A stretch of DNA of 62,911 nucleotides, counting the filler, from Licmophora abbreviata (taxonomy: Eukaryota): assembly GCA_900291995.1 (NCBI GenBank). It is 11 parts of 11 records of this genome, joined end to end, with 100 filler letters (N's around TTAATTAATTAA, not from the genome) between each part and the next. Parts side by side here need not be neighbours in the genome. Positions count along the whole stretch, not along the records: positions 38,559 to 47,826 come from OLMU01002011.1; positions 47,927 to 62,911 come from OLMU01002012.1; 9 more parts are not named here. One strand, 5' to 3'. The translations under genes and the position numbers were made by a program. The notes under the pieces were generated by a model. That model did not search any database. It saw only the letters and a program-made list of their open reading frames with translations, and was not told the DNA's origin. Positions 46,820 through 58,045 of this stretch are shown here, piece after piece; positions within the stretch are counted from its first letter, which is position 1; each line of letters begins with the position of its first letter.

Positions 46820-47314
46820 GTCTATAGGAAAAGAAGGTCCACGTGGATTGTAGGAGGGGTCATTTGTGTTGTACAGAGTGACGACCATTCCTATGATGTT
46901 GCTAGGATGTGATACATGTATGCGCGTGTGTGTGTAGCTATTGCTTTCGGCAGGATGAACATAACATACCTAAAGTATAAAATACTGATTTTGGAATACT
47001 GCATGGCAACAAACAATGTAGACTACGCTCCTCACTCATCATGGCCATTGAACTCTCTCTTCTCTCTACTAGGAAGAGCCTACTCTCCGCGTGCATTCGA
47101 CCTTGATACCCACACCGCTCTCATCTCTTGTTTCTAGATCACATGACGAGCTCTCTTGAACTTTTTCCTCTCTCGGGGGCGCGTGTTGCGCCCAAAGATC
47201 AATCAAAAATACAATATCATACACCCATCACTGCGACCATGACGGCGAAGACGGCATTAGGCCTCCTATCATCGACTCATTCCTTCAAAGGCTGCTCCAC
47301 ACGCCTCGTCCATC

Positions 47315-50300
47315 ATGCCAAAGACGAACAAGTCTCCAACTGCTTGGAACAAAAAGAAGAAGCGTCGTCGTCGTCCATCGCCACCACCTCCTCCACCGCC
47401 CTCCTTGATTCAGTTGCTTCAGACAGACCCTGCAGTCTTGCGCTACTTTTCCTCCCTGCAAGCCAATCTCGATGCCGATGTACAAAAGTGGAAGGATCGA
47501 GCCAATGACTATGAGCAGCAATGCAAGGAACTACTAGTCGAACAGCAGGAAGACACAAAGAAGAAGAAGAAGAAGACAGTGTCTACTACTCGTACCAGTG
47601 CCTCCAGGAAGCAGCCTGCGGTCAAGACAAAGAGAAGCAAGGATCCATCCAAGACCAAGACTGCTGTAGGCAATGTCAGTCTTACTCATGACATAGAAAC
47701 AGCGCTTGCAGCAAAGAAATTATCCCCGGCTGACCAAAGCATCCTCCATCAACAGCAGCAGCAGCAGCAGCAGCAGCAGAACACTGTCGAGGATGCTATT
47801 TTCTTGGAGCTGTCATCTTCGGACGANNNNNNNNNNNNNNNNNNNNNNNNNNNNNNNNNNNNNNNNNNNNTTAATTAATTAANNNNNNNNNNNNNNNNNN
47901 NNNNNNNNNNNNNNNNNNNNNNNNNNACCAAGACTGCTGTAGGCACTGTCAGTCTTACTCATGACATGGAAACAGCAGCGCTTGCAGCAAAGAAATTATC
48001 CCCGGCTGACCAAAGCATCCTCCATCAACAGCAGCAGCAGCAGAACACTGTCGAGGATGCTATTTTCTTGGAGCTGTCATCTTCGGACGATGAGTCGGAC
48101 ATGCCGGATGAAGTCGATGCCACGATGAATGCTGATCATATGGAAGATAGTATCAAGGCTGAGAAAGATCGCCTTTACAATCGAATACGAGAAGCGTATT
48201 TGAATTTGGAACGTATCGGGGTCCCGCTCGTTGTAAAGGAGACAATCGAAGAGGTACAAGAGGAGGAGGAAGACGAAGAGCGTGTAATGGAGGCCCAAGA
48301 GAACATGGACAAGGCGCCGCTACTTCTTTGTCACCGGCGAGAAGACGAGCAGGTTGTGTCAGATATACTGTATGCGCTCAACACGTTGACACGAATTCAG
48401 CTCTTCATACGGAATACGAATGACGAGCGACACCTGACAAAGGATGAGTGCCGTGAGAAATACGCCCCGTTTGGTGCCGATGACGAATTGTTGTTGGTGC
48501 CGTGTTGCGATGAGATAGCAGCCTGCGATCCTCCACATCCCGCTGCGACAGGCAAGGCGTGCATCGTGCATGCGCTGGAAGTCATGTTTACGTACTGTGG
48601 GAATGACGTTTCGGACAGGGAATGGGATTCGATCTTTGGCAAGGATGATGATGATGCAATTCGTATTGGCATGCGCCACCGCCGAGCAATGGTGGACGAC
48701 CTGCTGTCTTCTCTGCGAGGAGAAATATCGGAGGCTTGGGCAATTCGGGATCGGTCCGCTCGTTTTCAGAATCAAGTGCTGCATTTTGATCCTGCTACAA
48801 TCACGAAGGATAACCACTCTCCAAGTGCAGTACGATTGCATAACTTTGGTACAAAGAGTCAGGCGCGCTTGTCTGCAATTGTGGAACGTCGATGTCTTGC
48901 GCAGATTCTTTCGCACATGGACCACTTCCGGGGCAGACCAGAGTCAGTTGCAATGCTCGTTTGGAACTATGTTATGTCCACAGCACCATCGATTGACATG
49001 GAGTCTTATCCAAGACTTCCACCCGTGCTAAGCATGTGTACATTGGAAGGCCTGCTTGTTTCGATTACACACCAGAGCCATTCGTCCGGCGAAACTTTAT
49101 GGTTTGCAGCTCTTCTCGAGATCAAGTCCAATCTACCTTCCAAATCAGCTCCTTTGGTACAACGCGCCCTGACGTTGGTGGTCCTCGTGACTGCAAAGAT
49201 ATGGCGAGATCGGCTACAATCGTCGGATGCGCGCATCTCGGATGTTTCACTCGTCGAGCTTGCAGCATTCGAGCGACTGAAGACGTCCAAGATGGCAACA
49301 TCGTGGCTCCAAGGCGACGACAGCCACAACGAGGACATGGATATCTATGCAAGGAAAGCGACACTTCTGTCGGAGGAGTGCGAAGAATTGTTGATGAGCG
49401 CACAGGGTGAGGAGGAACCGACTGTACGAGATGCATTTCTAGCTCTTCAGCTGACGCTCACTCTGCTGGGTTCGATGGTCGCAGTGAGATGCTCGTTCGA
49501 GAAGGCGATTGGACCCCTTCTCGATGAGCTCTCATCGAATGAGAGCCCTGTCCCTCATGGTTTGACGGATATTCTGTATGCATGCGCCGTTTGCACTCGC
49601 AATCTACAAGTCCGTCGGCAGGATGCATTGCGTAGTGTGAAACAGGGTGCCAGTGCTACATTAAGTCCTGAACTTGATTCAGCGTGGCTTGTCAAACGAA
49701 TTGGGAGGCTTCGAGAAACGCTCGTCGAGCGATCTGAGAACGGAAGTGTGAGCTCGAATCTGATAAGTGCACTCGCTGGAGCCCTTACCCAGCTCAGTGA
49801 TGCCGAAGAAGCATATCAATTTTGTCGTTGGGTGTTGTCTTCTACAAATCGGAGACTCAATGCAGACGAACAAAATCGGTATAGCCTTGACGCAATGAAG
49901 ACGGTTCTAGGCATGGTCCAGGTCCCGACCGTGCGTGTCATAAATCTGAAGCGTCGATCGGATCGAATGAATGCCTTTATTGTTCAGGCCCAGAGCCAAG
50001 GGCTGATGGTTGCGAAAGCTCCCGCGAGACTTGACTTCATGCACGACAGAACTAGACCCGACGTCGGAGTTTCGTTTTGGGGTCAGTACGCCTTCGATGG
50101 CCAGGGAAGCATCTCTGAAGTAGAGTCTCGCCTTTCGAAACAGATCGGGAAGGATCATCAGCTAGCGTCTCTTGTGGCAACGCACTGGCGACCAGGCGAT
50201 CTCAAAGCATTCGACAAGGACGCGAGGGACGATGAGGTACCGGTCCGAACGAGTCCCAGTGAAAGAGCTTGTGCTCTTTCCCACGTTGCGTCTTGGAGGG

Positions 50301-50941
50301 GCGTGCTCCGCTCCCTGGATGCTGGTTATTCATCAAATGGTCCACTGGGACACGTGCAGATCAGCGGATATGCCAGTGGCAAGTCTCTTTTGCCTTCCAA
50401 CTCGCACATGCCACCTGCCCCAGTCTGTGTCATTCTCGAGGACGATGCTATACTGGTAGACCGCTTTGCCGACCGCCTCGCTGCTCTACTACAGGAACTT
50501 CCGCGCGACTTCCACTTTTGCTCTCTGGGCTACAGTCGTCCCAAAACGGCGCCCATGCCCCACTTCTCATTGCAGCTCGGAATTCCTTCGTGCATCTGGT
50601 ACCTGACTGGCTACGTGTTATCCTTGGAAGGCGCGCGGCACCTACTAAACAGTCTCCCAGTCAAGGGGCCGGTCGACAGCTGGATTGGCCTGAGAATGTG
50701 TGGCAACTGGGACAATGTGTTCGGACAGGCACTCGGAGTGGGAGTCCACGCACGTCTCACTGGAGATGTGCCGTCGCGTCCAGATCTCGCTCGCATCTTG
50801 CAGTTTCGCGCGTTCGCTGCCCTCATTCCTCTTTGTCATCAAAAGGTGGGTGCGGATGATGGGGCAGTGATGGCGGCACGTACAAGTGTCACACGTAGCT
50901 GGCGACAGCGGGATACGGATATTACGTATAGTGGGAACTGA
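47315..50941 (+). CDS. Large protein with unrecognised N-terminal region and C-terminal GT25-like glycosyltransferase; spans gap 47827-47926
   Basis: Overlapping flanks join the two ORFs; VINLKRRSDRM, ERACALSHVASW, ILEDDA, TGYVLSLEGARHLL, PVD. Confidence 0.8.
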
Positions 50942-51142
50942 ACGTTGAGAGTTGGAGAGTATGCTTTAGACTAGCTTTCAGCAACCGGTGTATAGACTTT
51001 AAGCTTTTTTCATTTCGGGACGAGAGAATATTCAATATAGGCAGAGAGCTGTTCCGGATGCAGGACAGACATAATCTCGCACATCCGCACAGACTTCAAA
51101 TCTGAGAAAGATCGCATCACAGTTCAGTCTCCCTCTTTGACC

Positions 51143-52210
51143 ATGGCATCGCTTTCGCTCCGTGGGGCTCTCCGGCTCTGTCGGGCGCCATCTACAGGTC
51201 GCCTGTTGACCTGCAATGCTCTGGGACGAGTGGGAGAGGTAGTCTTGTCAGAAACTCATCAGAAGAATAATGAAATGGGGACCAGCGGATACAGTCTTAC
51301 CAACATTAGCAGCAGCATCCTCCATCATGAACAATCGCATCACCACACGCACCGCCGGTTCTTCTCACGCACGTGCTGTCTCTCCCGCAAGGGCGCCAAA
51401 ATGGGACAGCATTTAGAGTCCCTCGAAGAGCAGGCGCATCGGAAAGAGCACGATGAAGCAGTGGCTCGTCGAAAGGGAAAGAAAGCGAAAAAGAAGGCGC
51501 ATCGGGGAGATCACGAGGATGAATTTGAGTCCTTGGCGTCGACTGCAGGAGAAGAGCCAACAATGGAGGATGTACAGTTCGACGAGAACGATGACAAGTT
51601 TCAGAGTCACGATAAGGACGATAAAGATGCTCTCCCATCACTGCCTGATCCCAAAGAGGTCCGAGAACGTCTGATGAAGGTCGTCGGGGCACTGCAGCGG
51701 TCGTTTAAGTCCATTCGAGGCAACGAACCGACTCCGGATCTCTTTGAACACATCATTGTCGAGGCCTACGGTGAACGCACGCACTTGAGCAATGTCGCAC
51801 AGGTCGTCGTTGTCAGTCCAACTCTAGTCACGGTCACGTGCTTTGATCCCTCGCTGGGCAAGGATGTGCGCAACGCCATTCGCGATGCTTCTCATTTCGA
51901 TGGATCCCTCAATCCACTCCTCGAAGAGGATGGTCAAGTCAAGGTTCCTGTACCCCGACCTTCGGCTGAGACTCGACAGAAAACTGTCAAACAATTAAAG
52001 AAACAGGCCGAGGCGGGGCGGCAGAGATTGAGAAAGATTCGAAGGGCCGCTATGGAAGTCGTCAAGCAGGCCAAGGACGGCAAGCTGGAGGGCATTTCCA
52101 AGGACGACGCCTTTCGAGTCGGAAAAGATATTGATCATGCGACGGAGGATGTGACGAGCGAACTGAACGACGAAGTGAAAAAGAAGGAAGATAGTATCAT
52201 GGAAGTCTAG
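51143..52210 (+). CDS. Ribosome recycling factor, probably mitochondrial
   Basis: SIRG...IIVEAYG...LSNVAQV...FDPSL...LNP...VPVPRPSAETRQ...ISKDD; Arg-rich presequence without a signal peptide. Confidence 0.88.
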   Translation: MASLSLRGALRLCRAPSTGRLLTCNALGRVGEVVLSETHQKNNEMGTSGYSLTNISSSILHHEQSHHHTHRRFFSRTCCLSRKGAKMGQHLESLEEQAHRKEHDEAVARRKGKKAKKKAHRGDHEDEFESLASTAGEEPTMEDVQFDENDDKFQSHDKDDKDALPSLPDPKEVRERLMKVVGALQRSFKSIRGNEPTPDLFEHIIVEAYGERTHLSNVAQVVVVSPTLVTVTCFDPSLGKDVRNAIRDASHFDGSLNPLLEEDGQVKVPVPRPSAETRQKTVKQLKKQAEAGRQRLRKIRRAAMEVVKQAKDGKLEGISKDDAFRVGKDIDHATEDVTSELNDEVKKKEDSIMEV

Positions 52211-52685
52211 CCTTTTTTCTTAAAATGGAACGGCAGCTAGCCCCACACTGTTCAAGGATTTCCGTAGCTATAGAGACACACGATGCATTATTGTCTCCAC
52301 GTCTTCCCAGACTTTCAGGTGCCGCTTTGGGGGGCGCTATCGTGTGCGTTCACCTTGTGACGAGAGCATCATGCACCTCCGATGTCAGATGTGCGGTGGT
52401 GCAGGTGTCGAAGCACCTCGTCAGTCACTACCAGTCACATCCTTCCAGCCAGATGATGGGCAGGGACGTGAACCATCATCGAGGCAATGGCACCATAAGG
52501 CGTCCATACCCCTTCTCATGCGCATTTAAGAATTGAGCATCCCCCCTCTCCCCATGAGCGTCTTGTCACTCCAAGTCATCGCTCTCTTCATGCTGATGTT
52601 TTGCTTCCTTGCAGAAGTTCTTCAACTCCGCTACGTCAATCCAGTTGACCGATTTCTTGTCAACATGATTGCACGGCAGATTCCG

Positions 52686-55366
52686 TTAAAATACGTCGCA
52701 GGTCTTCTCGACAGTAACTTCATCTCCTGCGAGGTCATCTAAAATCTCGGCTAGGGCATCCAATTGAGCCTCTGCGAGGGCTTTCCCGCTCTTGGAATTT
52801 CCAGCAGTGGCTACCGTCCGTTCGGCAAGTCTCAAAGCCGTCTTGCACCCAACACTTCCCAGACATTCAATCATCAGCTTCGCCATCTCAGAGATGTTCT
52901 CCACGGATCCAGGATAAAGGCTGTCGGAGAGCAACTTCTCAACAGACTGCATATCCGACAGGGGTTGAACAACTTGACAGTAAACATATAGAGATGGCAT
53001 GAGAAAGCTGCGCTCTTGAGCTCTAACCAAAGCAAGTACCAACATTTCGCCTTACCTATCGTTTCATCAAAGAGTTCGTGCAAGACAACACAAGCAGCAT
53101 CCGAGCGTGACGTTGCCCCTATTATGTGAACACTCTTCGCCCCGCCCCTTTTCGATACAGACTGCCCGCCAGCCTTCGCTGTGGCAAAGCTCGCCGGTGG
53201 CGATCGCAGCAATGCTCGCAGCGTTGCAATCATAATGCTGCTGTAGCCTCCTGGTCCTGACCCAGCACAAAGCTGGTCGACGTCGTCTAGAACTAGTAAT
53301 GAGTGAGGCATTTCTCGTGCCTCCGCAAAATGTTCCATGAGTGCGGCTGCCCTCGCTTCATCGCCACCGCCGCCTTCGGTAGACAACAGATCCAATGCTG
53401 TCACGAATCGCACATAGTCTGCCGCGCCACTAGACGATGCCTCGGAAGCAGCCCATGCCGCGACAGCCGTTGCCCCAGCACCTCCTATACCTCCCCCGCC
53501 CACGACAAGGAGCGATTGCAGTCGAGGAGATGTTGCGGGGACCGGCATGGTGAAGCGCTGCAGATCCCGCATGACTCGTGTCATGGATGAAGAGCACGGG
53601 CTGATTCCCAAGGGGTAGCGCATCCGAAGGACTTCATCTTGTTTGCCAAGAGCTGGACGAACCTCCTCGAGTGCTTTCTGCAGGTCAGGGACGTCCACCA
53701 TACCTGCCACGAAGTCAGTGCCACCTTGTTCCACTGCCCTTGCAAGACCGAAACTAGCGGCACTCCGCACCAGACCTGCGAGCTCAGCTCCCGAGAAGTG
53801 CTCTGTTTTTGCAGCCAATCCAGCCTCGCTCAAGTCTTCCATCCATTTAATAGCTCTTGGGTTCAATCCTGATTCCTCTCGCATCTGTCTTGTGTGGATC
53901 CGAAGAACATCTCGCCTGCCGAGTAAATCAGGTAGCTCCACACGAAGTTGTACTTCCAGTCGACCAGGGCGAAGTAGAGCAGGGTCTAACAACTCTGGAC
54001 GGTTGGTCAGACCCACAACCAGAACGTTGCTTGCCTCTTTGACTCCGTCCAATTTGGCTAAAAGCTGATTAACAACCGAATCCCGAACCCCGGTTGTATC
54101 TGAGGTCATGGTCCCTCTCTTTCTTGCAATCGCATCCATCTCATCAAGAATAATAATATGCAGACCTGATTGCTCTCCAACCATTTCGTATTCCATTTCG
54201 GCCGGAGCGAAGAGTGCTCGTACCTTCCGTTCGGCCTCACCGATATATTTGTCCAATATTTCTGGTCCATTCACAATCTGAGGTTCGCGGGATCCCAAAA
54301 TACGGGCGAGTTCCCGTGCCAGCAGTGTTTTGCCGCACCCTGGAGGGCCGCTCAATAAGATCCCCCTTACATGTTTTATTCCAAGTCTTTTCGAAGCTGC
54401 TGGGTTGGCTCTCGAGGCCAAAACACGACGGACGATATCATCCAACTGGTCATCCAAGCCTCCAACATTGTCAAACTTCATTCCCATGGCTGACCCCAGA
54501 CTCGGTTTTCGGTGGGGGGCGTCTGGTTTGCTACTCCCCTCCTTTTCATTCTTCGCTTCTTCTTCTGGTGGTGTGGGCTTCGGTTTGGGTACAACAGACA
54601 AAACCGTGGCAATGTCCGCCATGAGATCGTCAACTGGATCTATTTTCGTTCCAGGAGGCCTTATCACCACTTCCAGCACGATGGTTTTTCCCGCCTTGCC
54701 AGTATACTGTCTCAGCGGCCCACCGACGTATTTGATACAATCAGCACCGGCAGAAGAGCTCCCACCCCCGATTGACCCATCTGTCCCCCCTCGAAGCTCT
54801 CGGGAAGTCTTAACTTGGTAATTTCCATCACGATCGGGGCCTCGCAAGGAAGCGATGCCCGCCATACCAACGAGAGTTCTAACGATCGCCCAAGACCCAG
54901 TCGGCCATCGTCCACTCCAAGATGTGAGGGGTGGTAGAATGTGCAAGATACAATCCCAATCGTCTCCCCCGGCGACTCTCAATCGAACGTTGTCGTCCAC
55001 CCTAGCCAGAGAGTCGTACACATTTCGATCCGCCACCCGAATCTCGTTGACTCGATCCATGAGAGTTTCAATTGCATCTCCGTTGACCCAAGTCCCCCAC
55101 TCGTATCGAAATGAATCATGTGCACCCCTTTCGGTCATAGCACCGCGTGGCTGAGTTGCATTGGAGGCACTGGAAAAGAACGGTTCAAAGGCGGCAGGGA
55201 CCTTGTCGAGCTGAGGACTCTTTTGTTCGCGACTGCGAGCTGCGAGACTGGAGATGTGCCGAGCGCTGCGGGAGACAAAACCATGACTAGTAGGAAACGA
55301 CCATGCCCCCACTATCCACCACGCGACGACGGCGGCGACGACGTAGCGAAGAACCATCATGGTCAT
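52686..55366 (-). CDS. NSF/Sec18-like AAA+ ATPase with bipartite targeting N-terminus; intron 52973-53055
   Basis: VGGLD, IKHVRGILLSGPPGCGKTLLAR, IVNGPEILDKYIGEAE, SGLHIIILDEMDAI, ALLRPGRLEV; degenerate second AAA domain. Confidence 0.85.
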
Positions 55367-55618
55367 CGTGCGTTGAACGCGTCAAATTCGAAAGTGGACG
55401 TTTTTTCTTTTTCGGTTTCCCGCCCGGAACTTGACACTTTTCGCGACTCCTTCGACTAAATAGTATTCACGAAGTTTCTTTGGACAAAACCGACCGATAG
55501 ACCTCGCCATCTTCATTGTGTAGACCTTCGTATACTTTTGTACGAAGGCTCTCGCTGCAAGGATCGATCTCGTCACAAGAACAAGTCTGTGTGCTGTACT
55601 CTTCGTTTGTTGCTGAGA

Positions 55619-56060
55619 ATGGGAGGCGGTGGCTGGTTTTATGTACCCAAGGTATGCTGGAATGAGCGGGTGATGAGAAAATGAACTGAGAATCATACCT
55701 CAGGGAGCAAGAGATGCCCGTCCAGGAGAGACTTTGAGATGGCACGTCCGTACTCATCCGACTCGTTCGACTGAAAATACGAAAGTCAACCCATCACTCA
55801 TAGCTCATCACTCATGTTCCTCTGCCCATGCACTTCTCTGCATTTCATCGTAGGTCTGGTCTCCAGCTGGAGGCTGGTGGGTGAATCCTCCTAACTGGGT
55901 GCGCAGTACTCAAATTGCCGGTGTCGCTGTGTTGGGCTTGAGTTTCATGGTCTTTCAGATTTCCGCAAGCAAGGAACGTCGTCCCATTCCTCCGTATCGG
56001 CATATTCCGAGTCAGATGTGGTGTAAACACGCCAAAGAAGACGACCCTTCTCTGAAATGA
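55619..56060 (+). CDS. Small mitochondrial complex I accessory subunit-like protein (NUUM-like), 79 aa; intron 55652-55853
   Basis: Exon 1 MGGGGWFYVPK; exon 2 VWSPAGGWWVNPPNW...TM...IPSQMW; absent from ORF track; family recalled from the VWSPAGGW motif. Confidence 0.75.
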
Positions 56061-56184
56061 GACACATTTATTTTAGTACTATGATGGAATATGATAGTAA
56101 GCGAGATGTGTGAAGGACGATGCTAGTTCATTGGGTCTTTCGTTTCCGTGTGTGTAGATACAATAATCATGAGAGACCACACGT

Positions 56185-56931
56185 CTACGACCTCCAAAAG
56201 AAGACAACCTTCTTCCACAAGGGTTTTTCCCCGCTGCTCATAGCTGCTCTATTCCTTGCCTCCTCTTGACTGGCAATGTCATCATCTGCCGCGACCGCCA
56301 GTGTGACACCGTCCTGCTGCAGCTCCCGCTCCGACACTCCCACATCCAATTCACTCAGGTCCCTCGTTTCCTGCTGAGCTTCTTGCTTTAGTTTTTCTCT
56401 TTCACGCGCTTCCAACGCTTCTGCTTGAAAGGTCCCATCGGCCTTGCCCACCGCCTGCATGGAATACCAACAGACCCACCCGCAGAACGCAAGGAGTCCA
56501 CCGGCCATGGCGAAATTCTGCACCTTGATGGAGTTCGGAACGGACTCCAGAGACTCGGTACCAGGTACGCGGCCTGTGGAATCTTCTTGAATACGAGCAT
56601 CGGCAGCGGAATGGGGGTCCGTCATGGCGCGGCGCTGACTTTTTTGGGAGGCAAAGGGGCCGTCTGGCGACGAGCGGAGGGCGGGTTTCTGGGGTCTGAA
56701 ATTACCATTCACGCTTTTCCATCGTCGAGACATCACCAGGTGTCCTTTACGGGACACGAGAGACCGAGAGACGTGCATCCTGACAGCGGCGTTCTCGGCA
56801 GAAAGGAAGAAGAGCTGGAGTGAACGACAAAGAATGGAACTTGAAACTGCCTCGTCACCACACACAGCAGCAAAGTATGCTAGAGCACCGCGATGAGATC
56901 GAGCGCTCTGCATCATGCTTCGTCTCGCCAT
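56185..56931 (-). CDS. Single-TM mitochondrial-type protein, COA3/CCDC56-like (start uncertain)
   Basis: Arg/Ser-rich presequence; NFAMAGGLLAFCGWVCWYSMQAVG followed by coiled coil. Confidence 0.5.
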   Translation of the reverse strand: MARRSMMQSARSHRGALAYFAAVCGDEAVSSSILCRSLQLFFLSAENAAVRMHVSRSLVSRKGHLVMSRRWKSVNGNFRPQKPALRSSPDGPFASQKSQRRAMTDPHSAADARIQEDSTGRVPGTESLESVPNSIKVQNFAMAGGLLAFCGWVCWYSMQAVGKADGTFQAEALEAREREKLKQEAQQETRDLSELDVGVSERELQQDGVTLAVAADDDIASQEEARNRAAMSSGEKPLWKKVVFFWRS

Positions 56932-57016
56932 GGATACTTGCCGTTGTGATTCCGGATTCCATTCACTCACTAACACTCGAACCAAACCAAGGCAACACAA
57001 TTTTACTTTTTTCGCG

Positions 57017-57806
57017 ATGACCAAGAACATGGCAGCGGCAACGACCATGAGGCATCGGGGCCTCTTTCCTCTCCAGGGACGGTCCTTGGCCGTGCGATTT
57101 GTCATTATTTCATGCATGCTCATGATGGTGTACTCGCAAGTAAGCAAAAAAGAAAGAAAATCCGGCAAGAAGAAAAGAGTTCCCAAAACTCGCGTGACTG
57201 ACTGACTGACTGTGCTGCTATGCAAACCACTCATCCGTCTCTCACACACACCATGTTCTTCCACAGGAACAACCGCAGCAACACGCAATGATGGAAGAAG
57301 ATGATGCACCTGCTGATTTTCCAAAAGTCCCCCATACTGTCCATGTAACTTTCTGTCAAGGATGAGGTATGCAGAGGACTTTTTTGATGGCAAAGAAGTT
57401 CCTCGAAGACAGTTTTCCAGACGATCAAGTAGTCGTGACTGGAGAGAACTATCCCATCCCGCCGGTCATTCAGCTTTGTTTGAGTATTCTGCAGATCCTG
57501 CAGTTGTTCAGCATGGCTGCGGCCTTGTTTGGAGATACCGTGTGGACGTGGATTAGCGTGTCGCGGCCACCGTCTCTGTACTACAAGTGCAAGGACTATG
57601 GTGTTGCATACTTGTTGATTGTCTTCATGGTGGTCCCCAAGTTCTTTAATCGTTGGGTGATTACGGGAGCCTTTGAGGTGGTCTTGGATGGTGTTCTGGT
57701 CTATAGCAAGCTGCAGACGGGGAAAATGCCCGATGCGAATGACTTGACGAGGCCGCTCGTGGAAGCGGGGCTCACAATGGTGCAGGCGGTGGGCGGCAAG
57801 GCGTAG
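57017..57806 (+). CDS. SELENOT: Selenoprotein T, CQGU motif; intron 57140-57266
   Basis: Signal-like exon 1; VHVTFCQG-TGA(57363)-GMQRTF...GENYPIPP...TGAFEV...SKLQTGKMP. Confidence 0.9.
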
Positions 57807-57842
57807 TCATGCAAGTTGGAACAATACTTTTTCTCGCAAAAT

Positions 57843-57900
57843 CACTGTGAATGACGAACGAACATGTCCTTTGTACAAGGACATTTCATTCTGAACAATG
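57843..57900 (+). promoter_or_regulatory. SECIS element candidate for SelT (atypical apex)
   Basis: ATGAC-GAACGAA-C-ATGTCCTT-TGTAC-AAGGACAT-TTCATTC-TGAA hairpin 45 nt after the stop codon. Confidence 0.55.
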
Positions 57901-58045
57901 TACTACTGTACTACAGTTTGCTTGTGAAAAGGGCGTTCCCCGGTGGCTTGAACTGATTGAGAGTAGTAGAATTGAATAGACCGAAAATTTCTCTATCGCT
58001 TTGCTCTTGCAGTGAAGTGCTCGCTACATTACTTCGCACGACTTC

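Noticed and set aside
3897..47926. Ten recurring TTAATTAATTAA motifs as a biological repeat or array
   Set aside because: Always centred in exactly 44+44 N; an artificial six-frame-stop linker
55680..55750. TPP riboswitch suggested by CTGAGA...ATACC in an intron
   Set aside because: No CCTGAT...GATAATGC pyrophosphate-binding half, and the host gene is unrelated to thiamine
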